This document shows, one piece after another, positions 37,174-50,273 of a stretch of DNA of 64,000 nt. The translations under genes were made by a program, and so were the position numbers. Each line of letters starts with the position of its first letter. Positions within the stretch are counted from its first letter, which is position 1. Source of the DNA: Octopus sinensis (lineage: Eukaryota); contig NC_042999.1 in assembly GCF_006345805.1 (NCBI RefSeq), positions 12,586,001-12,650,000 of the forward strand, given 5' to 3'. The notes beneath the pieces are model-generated. The model was not told where the DNA came from. It saw only the letters and a list, made by a program, of their open reading frames with translations, and ran no database searches.

Positions 37174-39347
37174 CACACTCTCACAAGGCAATGATAAAAA
37201 GAAATCCAGACAATCTTTTGAAAAATATCATTTACCCTCCTTGAAGTAGCCACCTGGGTTTGTCATTTCTAAAAGCCAAGAATCACTTTCTATTGAAAGA
37301 ACTGACCAGCTGGATAAAAGTAAACACATTTTTTTCTTCTTTCTCTCTTCCTTTCCTTCTCTTTTCCATTGACACTCCTTTCAGATATCAGTTATCCATT
37401 CATAGCAAGATAACATTTAGGTAATTGCTTTCTATTCTAATCTAAATTGATTTTGTTTAAGCATCAAGTTGTGGCTGATGCTGGTGCCATGTACCTGGTA
37501 CCCATTTTGGTGGCATGTAAAAAGCTCCTTTGAAGTGTTTGGACTCACGGACGCAATGACCGAGACCTTTGGTATTATGTCGTGCTTGAGAAGAAGGCCA
37601 AGCTGAGCCAAATTGCAGTCATGGCAGACACTGGTGTCACACAAATGGCACCTGTGCCAGTGGCACGTAAAAGCACCTATTACACTCTCGGGGTGGTTGG
37701 CATTAGGAAGGGCATCCAGCTGTAGAAACCATGCGAAACTGAACTGGAGTCTGATGCACCTCTCTAGCTTGCCAGCCCTGATCAAACCGTCCAACCCAAT
37801 CTAGCATGGACAACGGATGTTAAATGATGATGATCTAATCAATATTATTATTAATTAAGCAATGGCATAGTGTTATACTTGGTATAAGTTAATGTAACTT
37901 GTATCATATATGAATAAGCTGCAGGTGAAATTATTCAGGATGTGACCCTCCCCAAGAAAAACTCACTCCTACATTTTATAAGTTGACAGAAGTTTCAGCT
38001 ACAAATGCTCTGTATGTCCCGGTCTAAACCATAATCGTCATCATCATTTAATGTCTGTTTCCCATGCTGACATTGGTTGGATGGTTTGAAAGGAACTAAG
38101 CCAGAGAGCTGCATCAGGCTCCAATTGTCTTTTTGGCATGGTCTCAACAGCTCGATGCCATCCTAGCACCAACCACTTTACAGAGTGCACTTGTACTTTT
38201 TACATGACACCAGTGCTTTTCATGTAGTACCATCACCAGTGCTTTTCATGTGGTACTAGTACAGTAACTAAAAAAAAAAAAATACAGTAAAACCATAGGT
38301 TCATAAAGGCATTGATACCACCTGTCTGATTTCACCAATGCCACACCAATGGAAGGTTTTTGCTACTGCAACCTATATGAAAGTAATTGTCTTACTATGA
38401 CCCTAGTAAGGCATTGGTCCTAAGAGTTTAGTCTGTCAGCCCTTATTTTAGTCTGGTCCTTATTTTATCAAACTGTTTACTGAGTTGCTTGATGCCTGGA
38501 GCAAGGGGACCTTTTCTTATGGTGGGGCTTGCATTGAACCTATAGGAAAAATTCCTTTTGAATTGAATTTGGAAATTTGTGTGTGTTTGTTCCCATGCAC
38601 ACATTGATTGTTGTATGTCTCCATATTCCATAATTTATCATTTTATATCCATTTTTCCATGCTGGTATGGGTTGGATGAGTTGTTGCTGTCTGACTCATG
38701 ACTCATAATAACAGATGGCTCAAACCGTGATGATCCATCAACTTCCCATGTCAGCATGGAAAGTGGCATAAAATAAGTTATGGAACATAATGGGATGCAA
38801 AGAAACAAAAGATGTGGACACAAATGTCTGTAGACATCCATACAAAATAAAACAAAAAACAAAAACAAAAACCAGAAAAGCTGTTCTACAGTTTCATTTA
38901 CCAAATCCTGTTCATGAGATGTTGCTCAACCTGATGTCCCCTGCCTAAGGCACCATGCAGGGATATTGAATACGTTATCAATCTTAACCAAAACAAACCA
39001 TTCTGATCTTGAGTACACGTGCATGCATGCATACACATGGGCACACAACACCTTGCTGTTGCGACCATTCCACTTCCTGTTATCAATGGATACTCTGTTC
39101 CACAGCACTTTTACACTTGTTTTCAGCTTTCATATCCTAGCACATGCACTCTGTGTCTTGTTTGTGTGTTTTGATTACATTACAGCATGATGGGCCAATG
39201 TGGATTGTTCTCCTATTTTCATTTTTTCTTGTTTGTACACTTTACATGTGCATGTTTTGTTTTGAATTTATAATGTAATCCTAGGTTAACTAACAATGGT
39301 TTGATGGTTTTATATCTTTTCAAATCATAGTTTATTATCCTGTTTAA

Positions 39348-39549
39348 CCCTTTTGATACCAACCAGATTGACAATGCATCTTGTTCCTTGGTATAAACTC
39401 CTTGTTTTAAAGTGCTTTAGATGAAAACCTTCCAAAATTTCATTTACGTTCCAAACACCATAACGACAGTTATTCTACTATATTCTTCCTTATTTTCAAA
39501 GTTAATTAAAACAAAAGTAATGTATTTAATCAAAAATATAACAAAAGGG
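39348..39549. mobile_element. TTAA-flanked MITE (piggyBac-like ends)
   Basis: TTAA|CCCTTTTGATAC ... ATAACAAAAGGG|TTAA. Confidence 0.75.
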
Positions 39550-39742
39550 TTAAATATTAAAAAACAAAAACAGCTTCCAATTCTTTTGGAATTCAAAGCC
39601 TTTTTTAATGTACTTAACATTTTTAATTAATTTGCATACCATTTGGTTCCTGTAGAACTTTGACTTCATTTTGTCACTGTGTGTGTGTGTGTGTGAACAC
39701 CTTTATTTTATTTTCACCCTGCTTGATTCTGATTATCTTTAG

Positions 39743-39861
39743 CCAATTCTCTTCAAGCCGATGACAGTGGTTTCAGTTCTCTGACTTTGACTGAACGTGT
39801 GGCAACTCTGCAGAGGCAAGTGGAACAGCTGGTTGTTGTGGTTAATTCTATTCAGCTCCAG
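39743..39861 (+). CDS. Exon 4: coiled coil (LTERVATLQRQVEQLVVVVNSIQLQ)
   Basis: Acceptor GATTATCTTTAG, donor CAG|GTAAAT, 119 nt, phase 1 to 0; heptad hydrophobic pattern. Confidence 0.8.
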
Positions 39862-39967
39862 GTAAATGTTGTAGTTATGCTTCATATTATAGAGAAATCA
39901 ATTTAGTTTTGGCTTGAAACATCCTTATTAATCATCTCAATGTTTTAATTTTTCATGCATACTTTTC

Positions 39968-41018
39968 ATTGCTTTAGTGGATAGGAAAAAGGGAGGCAGG
40001 CGCAGTGTATGAGGGTTTTAGTGGTGGGGAATGAGATGCATGGTTACTTCAAGTCTATATTGGTAAGATGCCATGAAGCACTAAATATTATTCTGCAATG
40101 CCTCAAAACTAAAGTAATTTATACAATAAAAATAAAATTGTGCACATAATTTTGGTTTGGTAGTATTCTATGGGCTCTTCGTGTGAAATCATCAGAGATT
40201 TTGTGTTTTAGCATCTGTGGCACATTCCAGCATTTTAGTGTTATTCATGACAATGGGGAGGGATTCACTTACCAAATTTAACTGAAAAGAAGCCCTGAGT
40301 TATTTTACTTTTGAGGCCTGTCTTGTTTCCCCACCCTCACAACTGAATTTTATTATGTGAATAACTTGTAGCTCCTCCACAATAAGGAACCTGTCCTGTT
40401 CTGACTGTTTCTCTCATACTTTATCCCCCCCTCCATCTAGCATAAAGCCACCTCCTTCTCTACAGCAGCCCTACTCAGTCAAAGGGATCTTAGTTTGATG
40501 ACCTCACTAGTGCTGGTGCTACCACAAAAACACCAAGGGCCCTCTGTAAAGTGGTTGGCATTAAGAAAGGCATCCAACTGCAGAAACCATGAGAAAGCAG
40601 ACATTGAGATGTGTTGCGTTCCTCAGATCCTGTCAAACCATTCAGTTAGCATAGAAGATAAATGCTGACAATAATGATGATGGCCTCGGCCAGAGGCTCC
40701 TAGATTTTAAGGTCTTAAGTTTCAATCTTGCATGCCTGTAGGTTAATCTGGTCCTGGTGTAAGGTGGAAAACGTCTTCTGCAATACATGGAGCAGCAAAA
40801 CAGAGATGAGAATGAAGATGATGATAGGAGAGACAAAAGAGAAATGACATGTTATTGGATAGATTGCTTTAGTGGATAGGAGAAAGGGAGGCAGGCACAG
40901 TGTATGAGGGTTTTAGTGGTGGGGAATGAGATGCATGGTTACTTCAAGCCTATATTGGTAAGATGCCATGAAGCACTAAATATTATCCTGCAATGCCTCA
41001 AAACTAAAGTAATTTATA
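39968..41018. repeat. 156-bp direct repeat pair (39968-40123 and 40863-41018)
   Basis: Two copies differing at 4 positions that I could see, 895 bp apart. Confidence 0.9.
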
Positions 41019-43009
41019 GTTCAAAATATTCCAGCATTGTAACTTGCTTCTAAAATAGTTTTTAGATTTTACATATTGGTAAGAAAAAATTGTGAATACT
41101 TTTGGCTAATAATTTGCATAATTACAAGAAAAGATGACCTGAAAAAAAGAAATAGCTCAAGTTGGCCAGTGGCATAAAGTAAGTTAAACAAATTAAGGAA
41201 TAATGTTTTGAATGGATATGCAAAAAAATTCTCAATGATTCGAAATTTTACTTTTAGTAGGAGGATGAAAACAAGAACCTAATGGTAATTGTTAGTGAGT
41301 GGCAAAGGCAATTAGGATAATTTTAAGAAATTAAGAATTCTATCATTAATTTACACATGTCTGCTTTGGCATGGTTTCTTTGTCTGGATCATTTCCTAAT
41401 GCCAACCAGTGATCCTGGTGCTAATGAAGTCACCAAGCAACTTGCAAGACTAAATCCCTCAGCTGAGTGAGGCTGCAGTATTGAAGGAGGTAGCTTTATG
41501 ACAGGTGAAAAAAAGGTTAAAGTAAGATTGAGGGACAGGAACTGGTTTCTTGCCCTGGAGGAGATACGTGGCTTTCCCACTTGGAAAGAGAGAAAGAAAA
41601 AGGATGGTAGTGATGTGGTGTTAGGATGTATTTAACACCACAGGGTACAAGAAAGTGAATATAAAAGAGAACAGAGTATCAGACAGAGTGAGTGGGTCAG
41701 GGAGACGATAGGTGGCAGCACAGATGATGTAACGTGGAGGTTGCAAGGGAGATGCCCTATGGTAGGGACAATATATGTGTGTATATATGTGTGTATATAT
41801 GAATGTGTGTGTAAAAAATTATAACGGCCGTATTTTTCAACTGATCACATGGAAATTTTACACATAGGTAAAAGACATCACAGTGGGTGCATCAGTTAAA
41901 TTTCATAACATAATCATTAATTTTAAAGTGAGATTTGCCCATTTTTAATCAAAATCTTGATGGAAAATCCAATTTCAATAGTGGTTATTGGCTATCATTC
42001 CGTAAATCGCGTATGAACAGCCACTATGTTTGTTCAATCAGTATCAGAACATTAATTACATTAAGCTTTCTAAGCAATTTCATGAAAGAACATGTGATTG
42101 CAGTAAAAATTGATATCCTTCTAGAATGAACTGTACTCGAACACGTGCATCTAGGCATGTCATTCTGACACAAAAGAGTAAGAAGACAAGGCAATTATTT
42201 TGAATAAGTAAAAATGAAATAAAATATTAACTTTAATGAATAAATTGTACTAATTGGCAATCAATCAACTGTGTGAATATTTTCTCACAACAAAATTCAG
42301 TTGAAAGTTAGCTAACAATTTCTTATATAAAGCAAAAAAAACTTTTGTGTGACTCACTTGATTTAACTTGTACATGCCCATTGTTTATTCTTTAATTCCA
42401 TTTCATGAACATTACAAATTATGAGTTATTTTTTACCACTAAGCATAACTGAATGATATTTTGGCAAATTCTTCTTACCATTTTGAAGAATTTTACAGAT
42501 CAAATTCATCGGTTACTTTCTAAAAAAAGCACTGTTCGGTCGGCTCTGGTAGCTTATTCATCCACAAGATTGCCGAACCCTATATTCCATTTGAAGTTTT
42601 CCAGTTACGAGGACTTAAATAATTTTATTTATAAAAAATTTTCTGTCCACATGTGTCGGTGGCACATGTTTCTGGCACTTGTGTCGGTGGCACATAAAAA
42701 CACCATCCGAGCGTGGCCGTCTGCCGGCCTCGTCTGGCACCTGTGTCGGTGGCACATAAAAAAAAAACACCATCCGAGTGTGGTCGTTCGCCAGCCTCGT
42801 CTGGCACCTGTGTCGGTGGCACATAAAATCACCCACTACACTCTCGGAGTGGTTGGCGTTAGGAAGGGCATCCAGCTGTAGAAACACTGCCAGATCTGAC
42901 TGGCCTGGTGCAGCCTTCGGGCTCCCCAGACTCCAGTTGAACCGTCCAACCCATGCTAGCATGGAAAGCGGACGTTAAATGAGGATGATGATAATGATGA
43001 TGATATATA

Positions 43010-43063
43010 TATATATGTGTGTATATATATGTGTATGTATATATGTATATATATATATATGTG

Positions 43064-43094
<31 letters not shown>

Positions 43095-44152
43095 ATGTGT
43101 GTATATATATATATGTATATATATGGTTGCAGCTTGTTAAGAAGGTTCTGAAAACAATTACAGTACGGACATTTGATAAGAAACATAGAAGCAACTTCGA
43201 TGAGATTTTCTTTCCTTTTATATCGACCTCCATATTCAACTGGTCCTTATTTAATCGACCCTAAAAGCATAAAAGTCAAAGTTTACATTGGTGGAATTCG
43301 AACGCGGAATGTGAAGCTCCTGGGCAGAGCTCTAAACATTAGTAACAATGTATTAGCTGGATGTGTGTGTGTGTGTGTAATGGTTGGGTGTGTCACTTAT
43401 TTTGTAATTGGTGAAAAGTGTTTCTCACCTGCTGACTTTAAACCTGACTTTACAAAAAATTGTTTTGCCCAACTGATGGCTATTATTATTTTAAGCCATT
43501 AAACGACTATCATCATCATCGTCATCATCGTCATCATTATCATTATCAATCAAAAATGTGCTTATACACGTGACTGCTCATTGACAACTGTCTGCATCCA
43601 CAGGCCATTTGGTGCTTACAATAACCAGTGCAAATAACTGTGTGCTTAAGCGTTGTGGGGATTTTTTGTGTTGAAATACCATATTTAGTGCTTGCAAACA
43701 GCAATGAGGTCAATTTGATTGATTTTTTAAAGATTCATTCAAATTCACATTTTCGATGGGAGGCCTTGAAAAGGCAAAAGACACATTGGCAGAAAAACAG
43801 AAAAATGTTTCTGTTTTGTGTTCCTTGCAGGCGAGCGAGACAGAAGAACAACGTGTGCTTCAGCATGTTCTCAATGCTGCTTCTACTTCAACTGCCAGGG
43901 CACCCAGAACTCTGACATGCTTGCAATGCTGCCTCTAATTCAATTGCCAGAGCATCACAGGCAGCTCAACAGGCAGAACTCCGCTGCGCTTGCAATGTTG
44001 CTTCGACTGCAGTTGCCAGAGCATCAGAGACAGAAGCGCAATTACACTATTTTCAACTCCAGTCCTATCATTATCTTGCACCATTCAAAGGACGGGGGTG
44101 GGGGATATTTGCTAGTATACATATATATATCTATGTGTGTATATATATATAT

Positions 44153-44191
<39 letters not shown>

Positions 44192-44198
44192 GTGTGTA

Positions 44199-44239
<41 letters not shown>

Positions 44240-44312
44240 GTATATATATATATGTATATGTGTATATGTATATATATGTATATATATATATATGTGTATA
44301 TGTATGTATATG

Positions 44313-44381
<69 letters not shown>

Positions 44382-45423
44382 ATGTGTGTATATATATATG
44401 TATATATATGGTTGCAGCTTGTTAAGAAGGTTCTGAAAACAATTACAGTACGGACATTTGATAAGAAACATAGAAGCAACTTCGATGAGATTTTCTTTCC
44501 TTTTATATCGACCTCCATATTCAACTGGTCCTTATTTAATCGACCCTAAAAGCATAAAAGTCAAAGTTGACATTGGTGGAATTCGAACGCGGAATGTGAA
44601 GCTCCTGGGCAGAGCTCTAAACATTAGTAACAAGGTATTAGCTGGATGTGTGTGTGTGTGTGTGTAATGGTTGGGTGTGTCACTTATTTTGTAATTGGTG
44701 AAAAGTGTTTCTCACCTGCTGACTTTAAACCTGACTTTACAAAAAATTGTTTTGCCCAACTGATGGATATTATTATTTTAAGCCATTAAACGACTATCAT
44801 CATCGTCATCATCGTCATCATTATCATTATCAATCAAAAATGTGCTTATACATGTGACTGCTCATTGACAACTGTCTGCATCCACGGGCCATTTGGTGCT
44901 TACAATAACCAGTGCAAATAACTGTGTGCTTAAGCATTGTGGGGATTTTTTGTGTTGAAATACCATATTTAGTGCTTGCAAACAGCAATGAGGTCAATTT
45001 GATTGATTTTTTAAAGATTCATTCAAATTCACATTTTCGATGGGAGGCCTTGAAAAGGCAAAAGACACATTGGCAGAAAAACAGAAAAATGTTTCTGTTT
45101 TGTGTTCCTTGCAGGCGAGCGAGACAGAAGAACAACGTGTGCTTCAGCATGTTCTCAATGCTGCTTCTACTTCAACTGCCAGGGCACCCAGAACTCTGAC
45201 ATGCTTGCAATGCTGCCTCTAATTCAATTGCCAGAGCATCACAGGCAGCTCAACAGGCAGAACTCCGCTGCGCTTGCAATGTTGCTTCGACTGCAGTTGC
45301 CAGAGCATCAGAGACAGAAGCGCAATTACACTATTTTCAACTCCAGTCCTATCATTATCTTGCACCATTCAAAGGACGGGGGTGGGGGATATTTGCTAGT
45401 ATACATATATATATCTATGTGTG

Positions 45424-45474
<51 letters not shown>

Positions 45475-45481
45475 GTGTGTA

Positions 45482-45522
<41 letters not shown>

Positions 45523-45691
45523 GTATATATATATATGTATATGTGTATATGTATATATATGTATATATATATATGTGTATATGTATGTATATGTATATAT
45601 ATATGTATATGTGTATATGTATGTATATGTATATATATATATATGTATATGTGTATATGTATGTATATGTATATATATGTATATATATATA

Positions 45692-45747
<56 letters not shown>
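43010..45747. repeat. Tandem duplication, unit ~1284 bp, bounded by (TA)/(TG) microsatellites
   Basis: Identical ORFs offset by 1284 (43628/44912, 43818/45102). At least 6 substitutions and a 3-bp indel between copies outside the microsatellites. Confidence 0.93.
43770..44115 (+). mobile_element. Helitron-like remnant (RASET.EQ-type repeats, ending CTAG|T); duplicated at ~45055-45399
   Basis: Degenerate repeats ASETEEQR...AASTSTARA / [12 protein letters not shown]...[11 protein letters not shown] resemble low-complexity repeats of animal RepHel N-termini. CTAG at 44112-44115 followed by T. Confidence 0.5.
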
Positions 45748-45748
<1 letters not shown>

Positions 45749-47269
45749 TAGCTTAAGGTGACCCACTCTACGCGCGGGTAAGAGTGAGGTTGTTATTTTC
45801 TGTTGCATCCTTTTGGCACGTAAAAAGCACCATCCAAATGTGGCCGATGGCAGCGCCGCCTTGACTGGCTTCTGTGCCGGTGGCACGTAAAAAGCACCAA
45901 CCGATCGTGGCCGCTGCCAGTGCCCCTCCCCCAGTGGCATGAAAAAAGCACCCACTACAATCACGGAGTGGTTGGCGTTAGGAAGGGCATCCAGCTGTAG
46001 AAACACTGCCAGATCAGACTGGAGCCTGGTGCAGTCTCCGGGCTTCCCAGACCCTGGTCAAACCGTCCAACCCGTGCTAGCATGGAAAACGGACATTAAA
46101 CAATGATGATGATGATTCTCCCTCTTTGTTTCTCCTTTCTCTCTCCCTTTCCCACTCTCTTACTCTTCCTTTCTCTCGGACTCTCCCTTGCTTTCTCTTA
46201 CTCTCTATCTTTCTCTATCTATCTCTCTCCCATTTATAAACAACAAAAGATCTTGAGTAAGTTGAGAAAGAAAGTAGTTTTAAAGATCAATCATAAATAT
46301 CAGGCAGTGACAACGGAAAGGTCTGCTTCAAGGCAGAAAGCTAAACATTAACATTTAAAAGGGACAGACGAACTTGCGAGCTGAATAAAAATAAAAAAAA
46401 TATTGGAAACCAAAGTTTGAAAGGATAGAATCTGAGGATAGTAGAGTCACCATGGCTGGCATTTCTTAATGACGGACAGTAACATAGTGGCAGTTTAACG
46501 GCTGGCGTAAAATTTAGAACTTGATGTAAAAGAAAATTCTTAAACACCAAGCTTTGAAGTGATTCTTTCTCACGACAGTAGACTCACCATGGCAAGCATT
46601 CAAAACTTCTTCATCATGAACGGCAACACATTGATGATTTAAAGCCTGGCGCAAATTTTTTAGCTTGATGTGACAGAGAATTCCTAAACACCCGCTCCTG
46701 TAAATTTTAATCCCCTTCAAGCCTTTTCACATTTTGGTTAATATAACCCGATTTCATTCGGGTCTACTTGGGTCACATTTTATAAGATGAGGAATTTTGT
46801 CCTAGAGGTCACGCCTTTCATTTGAGGAAATAAATAGTTGCCATGCAAACTCGCCAGCACTTTTAACATAGGTGTGCATATTTTCAAGCACAACCGACCA
46901 CATAATGCACACATTATATATATATATATATACACATTATATATATATGTGTGTGTGTGTGTGTACGCATTATATATACAAATCATCATCATCATCATCA
47001 TCGTTTAACGTCCGTTCTCCATGCTAGCATGGGTTGGACGGTTCGACCGGGGATCTGGGAAGCCAGAAGGCTGCACCAGGCTCCAGTCTTATCTGGCAAT
47101 GTTTCTACAGCTTGATGCCCTTCCTAACAGCAACCACTCTGTGAGTGTAGTGGGTGCTTTTTACGTGCCACCTGCACAGGTGCCAGGCGAGGCTGGCAAC
47201 GGCCATGGTCGGATTGATGTATTTTATGTGCCACCAGCACGGAAGCCAGTCGAGGTGGTGCTGGCATCA

Positions 47270-47303
<34 letters not shown>

Positions 47304-47644
47304 TAAATTAGAGATAAAACCACTATTAGGCAAATCAAACAGTGAAAAACATAAATGAAAACATAAAAATAAAAATATAATATACAAAATAGAGTGAGTG
47401 ATGGAGGAAGACAGATACATAAAAGAATGGGAGTAGACTTGTCAAAGTGCGTTTTTGGCCCTAGCAACGACACCTTTTAAGATGCGGATTTCTAACCTAG
47501 CCCACTGGCATCCTCACCTCATTTTACATGTCCCTGTAAATTTTGGAGTCAATCCGATGGGATCTAGTGGCCTTTAACCCGTTCTCAATGCCAAAACCAG
47601 ACAAACAAACAAACTTTTCGCATTTCAGAATTATAATATAGAGA
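45748..47644 (-). mobile_element. Putative non-autonomous Helitron with nested RTE-tail insertions
   Basis: On minus: A|TCTCTATATTATAATTCTGAAATGCGAAAAGTTTGTTTGTTTGTC 5' end at 47644; ACCCGCGCGTAGAGTGGGT hairpin then CTAG|T 3' end at 45748. That both ends belong to one element is inferred. Confidence 0.55.
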
Positions 47645-47764
47645 TATATGTATATTTAATGTTGTTTTTATGCATAAGTAAATTGATTGAAATTTACAAT
47701 TCTGAATATTTATTTTCAGCAGCAAGAGTTTCCTTTTAATAATTTTATTAATATTTTCCTTTAG

Positions 47765-47896
47765 AACACTAAAATGGCACAGCATATTGCACAACTGGAA
47801 ACCTGTGAATGCCTCCCAAAATGTACGTACAATGGCAAAACGTTTGGTGACAAAGAAACATGGCAACCAGACACCTGTACTCTATGTCACTGTCAG
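47765..47896 (+). CDS. Exon 5: end of coiled coil + first part of vWC (LETCEC...CTYNGKTFGDKETWQPDTCTLCHCQ)
   Basis: Acceptor TTTTCCTTTAG, donor CAG|GTATGT, 132 nt, phase 0-0; vWC signature C-x2-NG-x-x-F-x4-W-x2-D-x-C-x2-C-x-C. Confidence 0.9.
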
Positions 47897-48156
47897 GTAT
47901 GTTGAGACAACATTTCTTGTTCTGCAACACTCTGTTTAAATAATCTCAATCTTCTATTTTAGAAGGCAGTATTGGTCATATTTGGAACCACTGATTTATT
48001 ATATATTATGATATACAATGATAATTAGCTGATATAGGATACAACATTAACAAATTCTGTAACCTTTTTGGATGTAGTTTACAAATTAAACGTTTAATGT
48101 TGTTTGTTTTTAAGTTGTTGACTAATATGATGTTTGCATTATTTTAATTTTATTAG

Positions 48157-48205
48157 GAAGGAAAACCTGATTGCAAAGTGAGGGCTGATATTCCTGGTTG
48201 TTCAG
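48157..48205 (+). CDS. Exon 6: vWC continuation (EGKPDCKVRADIPGCS)
   Basis: Acceptor TTTTATTAG, donor CAG|GTATGG, 49 nt, phase 0 to 1. Supplies the G-x3-C that follows CxC in vWC. Confidence 0.8.
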
Positions 48206-48544
48206 GTATGGTTTTTATTCTAGCAAAATCCCAAAAAGCAAAATACATGATTTAGAACAATTGCAAAAAAATAAAGGAAAATTAATTAAAATTTTGTGTG
48301 TGTATGTGTGTGAAAATTGTGTTTTAACATAAGTATTATGCTAAAAGTTGTAAGTTCAACTCTCGCTGATAGCAGAGATTTTACTTCACCCTAATTTGCA
48401 ATGAAGATTAAGTCTTCCATGCAAACATCCTGATAATGAATAATGTTGAAAAACCCAACAAAAATAGGAAAAATCCAAATCCTACCAGAAATATTTATTG
48501 ACAGAAATTAAACAACTTGCTTTTAAAAATCAGAAATCCAAAAT

Positions 48545-49250
48545 ATTAATGTCTGAAAATTGCATCTTGTAGATGTTCTCCTCTATGTGTACATTCTGGC
48601 AATCTGCTGTTGAGGCTCCTCATTGCTTGGTGCAATAACTCAGGTGATATACCATGAATTTCACCTTGAATTCTTTGTTTCACATCCAGTATCCTTGGCT
48701 GAGCCATATAGACCCAACTCTTTAGATAGCCCCACAAGAAAAGATCACAAAAGGACAAATCCAATGATCTTGGTGTGGGGGTCAAATATGTCACTGAATC
48801 TTGAGATGACATGATTACTGAACAAATCTCACACAGCTTTTATTGACTGCCTTGTGTGTGATGTCAGAATATTCTGTGGAAACCAGACTTCATGAAGTTG
48901 CAGAAAATTGTTTAATACAGGTGCAACAAAAGATTGCAGCATCTCAACATATTGATCTGAAGGGACAGTCATTGTGATCCCCTATTCACTTTCGAAAAAC
49001 TAAGATCCGATGACCCCATGTGGCAAAACTGCACACCATACTGTCATCTTGCTGCTGTGTTAAAGGCATTCACGAAGTTCTTTAGGGTTGCTGTCTGCCC
49101 AGTAATGATAGTTCTGCTTCTTCATATAACCTGTGAGATGACAATGGGCATCATTTGACATCCACAGCTTGTCCAGAAATTTGCTTTTGTTTGTTTTCCA
49201 TAACTTTACGACAGAATTCTAATCACAATTAGTGATCATTCTCCTTCAGT
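48545..49250 (-). mobile_element. Tc1/mariner-superfamily transposase relic (PRSxDL..CD.FLWGYLKS.VY type, rosa/maT-like)
   Basis: PRSLDLSFCDLFLWGYLKSWVY...GEHLQDAIF; heavily degraded, TIRs not identified. Confidence 0.75.
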
Positions 49251-50051
49251 TCTTGCATGATCTGCTGCTTGTACAGAAGAAATTTTAATTCAAAAGGGAG
49301 AATTCAGTGAACACTCTCTCAGGGCAACCTTACAGCAGCTGCTTGCTTATGAGCTAAATGCCGTGTGCTCTGTAAGACTGAAACGCGTAGAGCCTTGGTT
49401 GTCTTGTTGGTTGCTTTTTCAAATCTGTTCCAGTCTCTTCACATTTTTATCACGTGTTTTGATGATGATGATATAAGTGTGTGTGTGTGTGTGTGTATAC
49501 AAGTGTTATTAAAAAAAAACATCAAAAAATCAAAATCAAATCAGATATCAGAAAGCAGAACCAAAATCGAAGTCGATCAACATCAATGGAAATTGCGGCT
49601 GTGATACCAGTGCCAGTGACAAGTAAGCGAACCATCCGATTGTGGCCGTTGCCAGCGCCGCCCCAACTGGCCTCCGTGCCATCCGTTCGTGTCCGTTGCC
49701 AGCCTCGCCTGGCCCCTGTGCCAGTGGCACATAAAAGCACCATCCGTTCGTGGCCGTTGCCAGCCTCGCCTGGCCTCCGTGCCGGTGGCACGTAAAAGCA
49801 CCATCCGTTTGTGGCCATTTGCCAGCACCGTCTGGCGCCTGTGTGGGTGGCACATAAAAAGCACCCACTACACTCGCGGAGTGGTTGGCGTTAGGAAGGG
49901 CATCCAGCCGTAGAAACACTGCCAGATCTGACTGGCCTGGTGCAGCCTTCTGGCTTCCCAGACCCCAGTTGAACCGTCCAACCCATGCCAGCATGGAAAG
50001 CGGATGCTAAACGATGATGATGATGATTTACCATATTATTTTCATTTGTAG

Positions 50052-50273
50052 AGCCATGTAGCAGTTCACCTTGTAAACATGCTGGATCATGTGTTGGAAA
50101 CGAATCAAATGGCACGTTCAAATGTCTATGTCCAGCACCCTTCAGTGGTACTCTCTGTGAAACCTGGATCAATCCTTACGTCTGGCCTGCTGACCCTGGA
50201 TACTGCCATGAAACCTATGAAGCATATTACTTTGATCGTAATAAAAACCAATGCCTTGTATTTAATTACACAG
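50052..50273 (+). CDS. Exon 7: EGF-like domain + N-terminal part of Kunitz domain
   Basis: Acceptor TTTCATTTGTAG, donor CAG|GTATGA, 222 nt, phase 1-1. PCSSSPCKHAGSC...FKCLCPAPFSGTLCE (6-Cys EGF) then PADPGYC...YYFDRNKNQCLVFNYT. Confidence 0.92.

Noticed and set aside
33245-45761. Long ORFs made of YIYI/VCVC repeats (e.g. 43818-44549, 45102-45761)
   Set aside because: Translations of (TA)/(TG) microsatellites, which lack stop codons.
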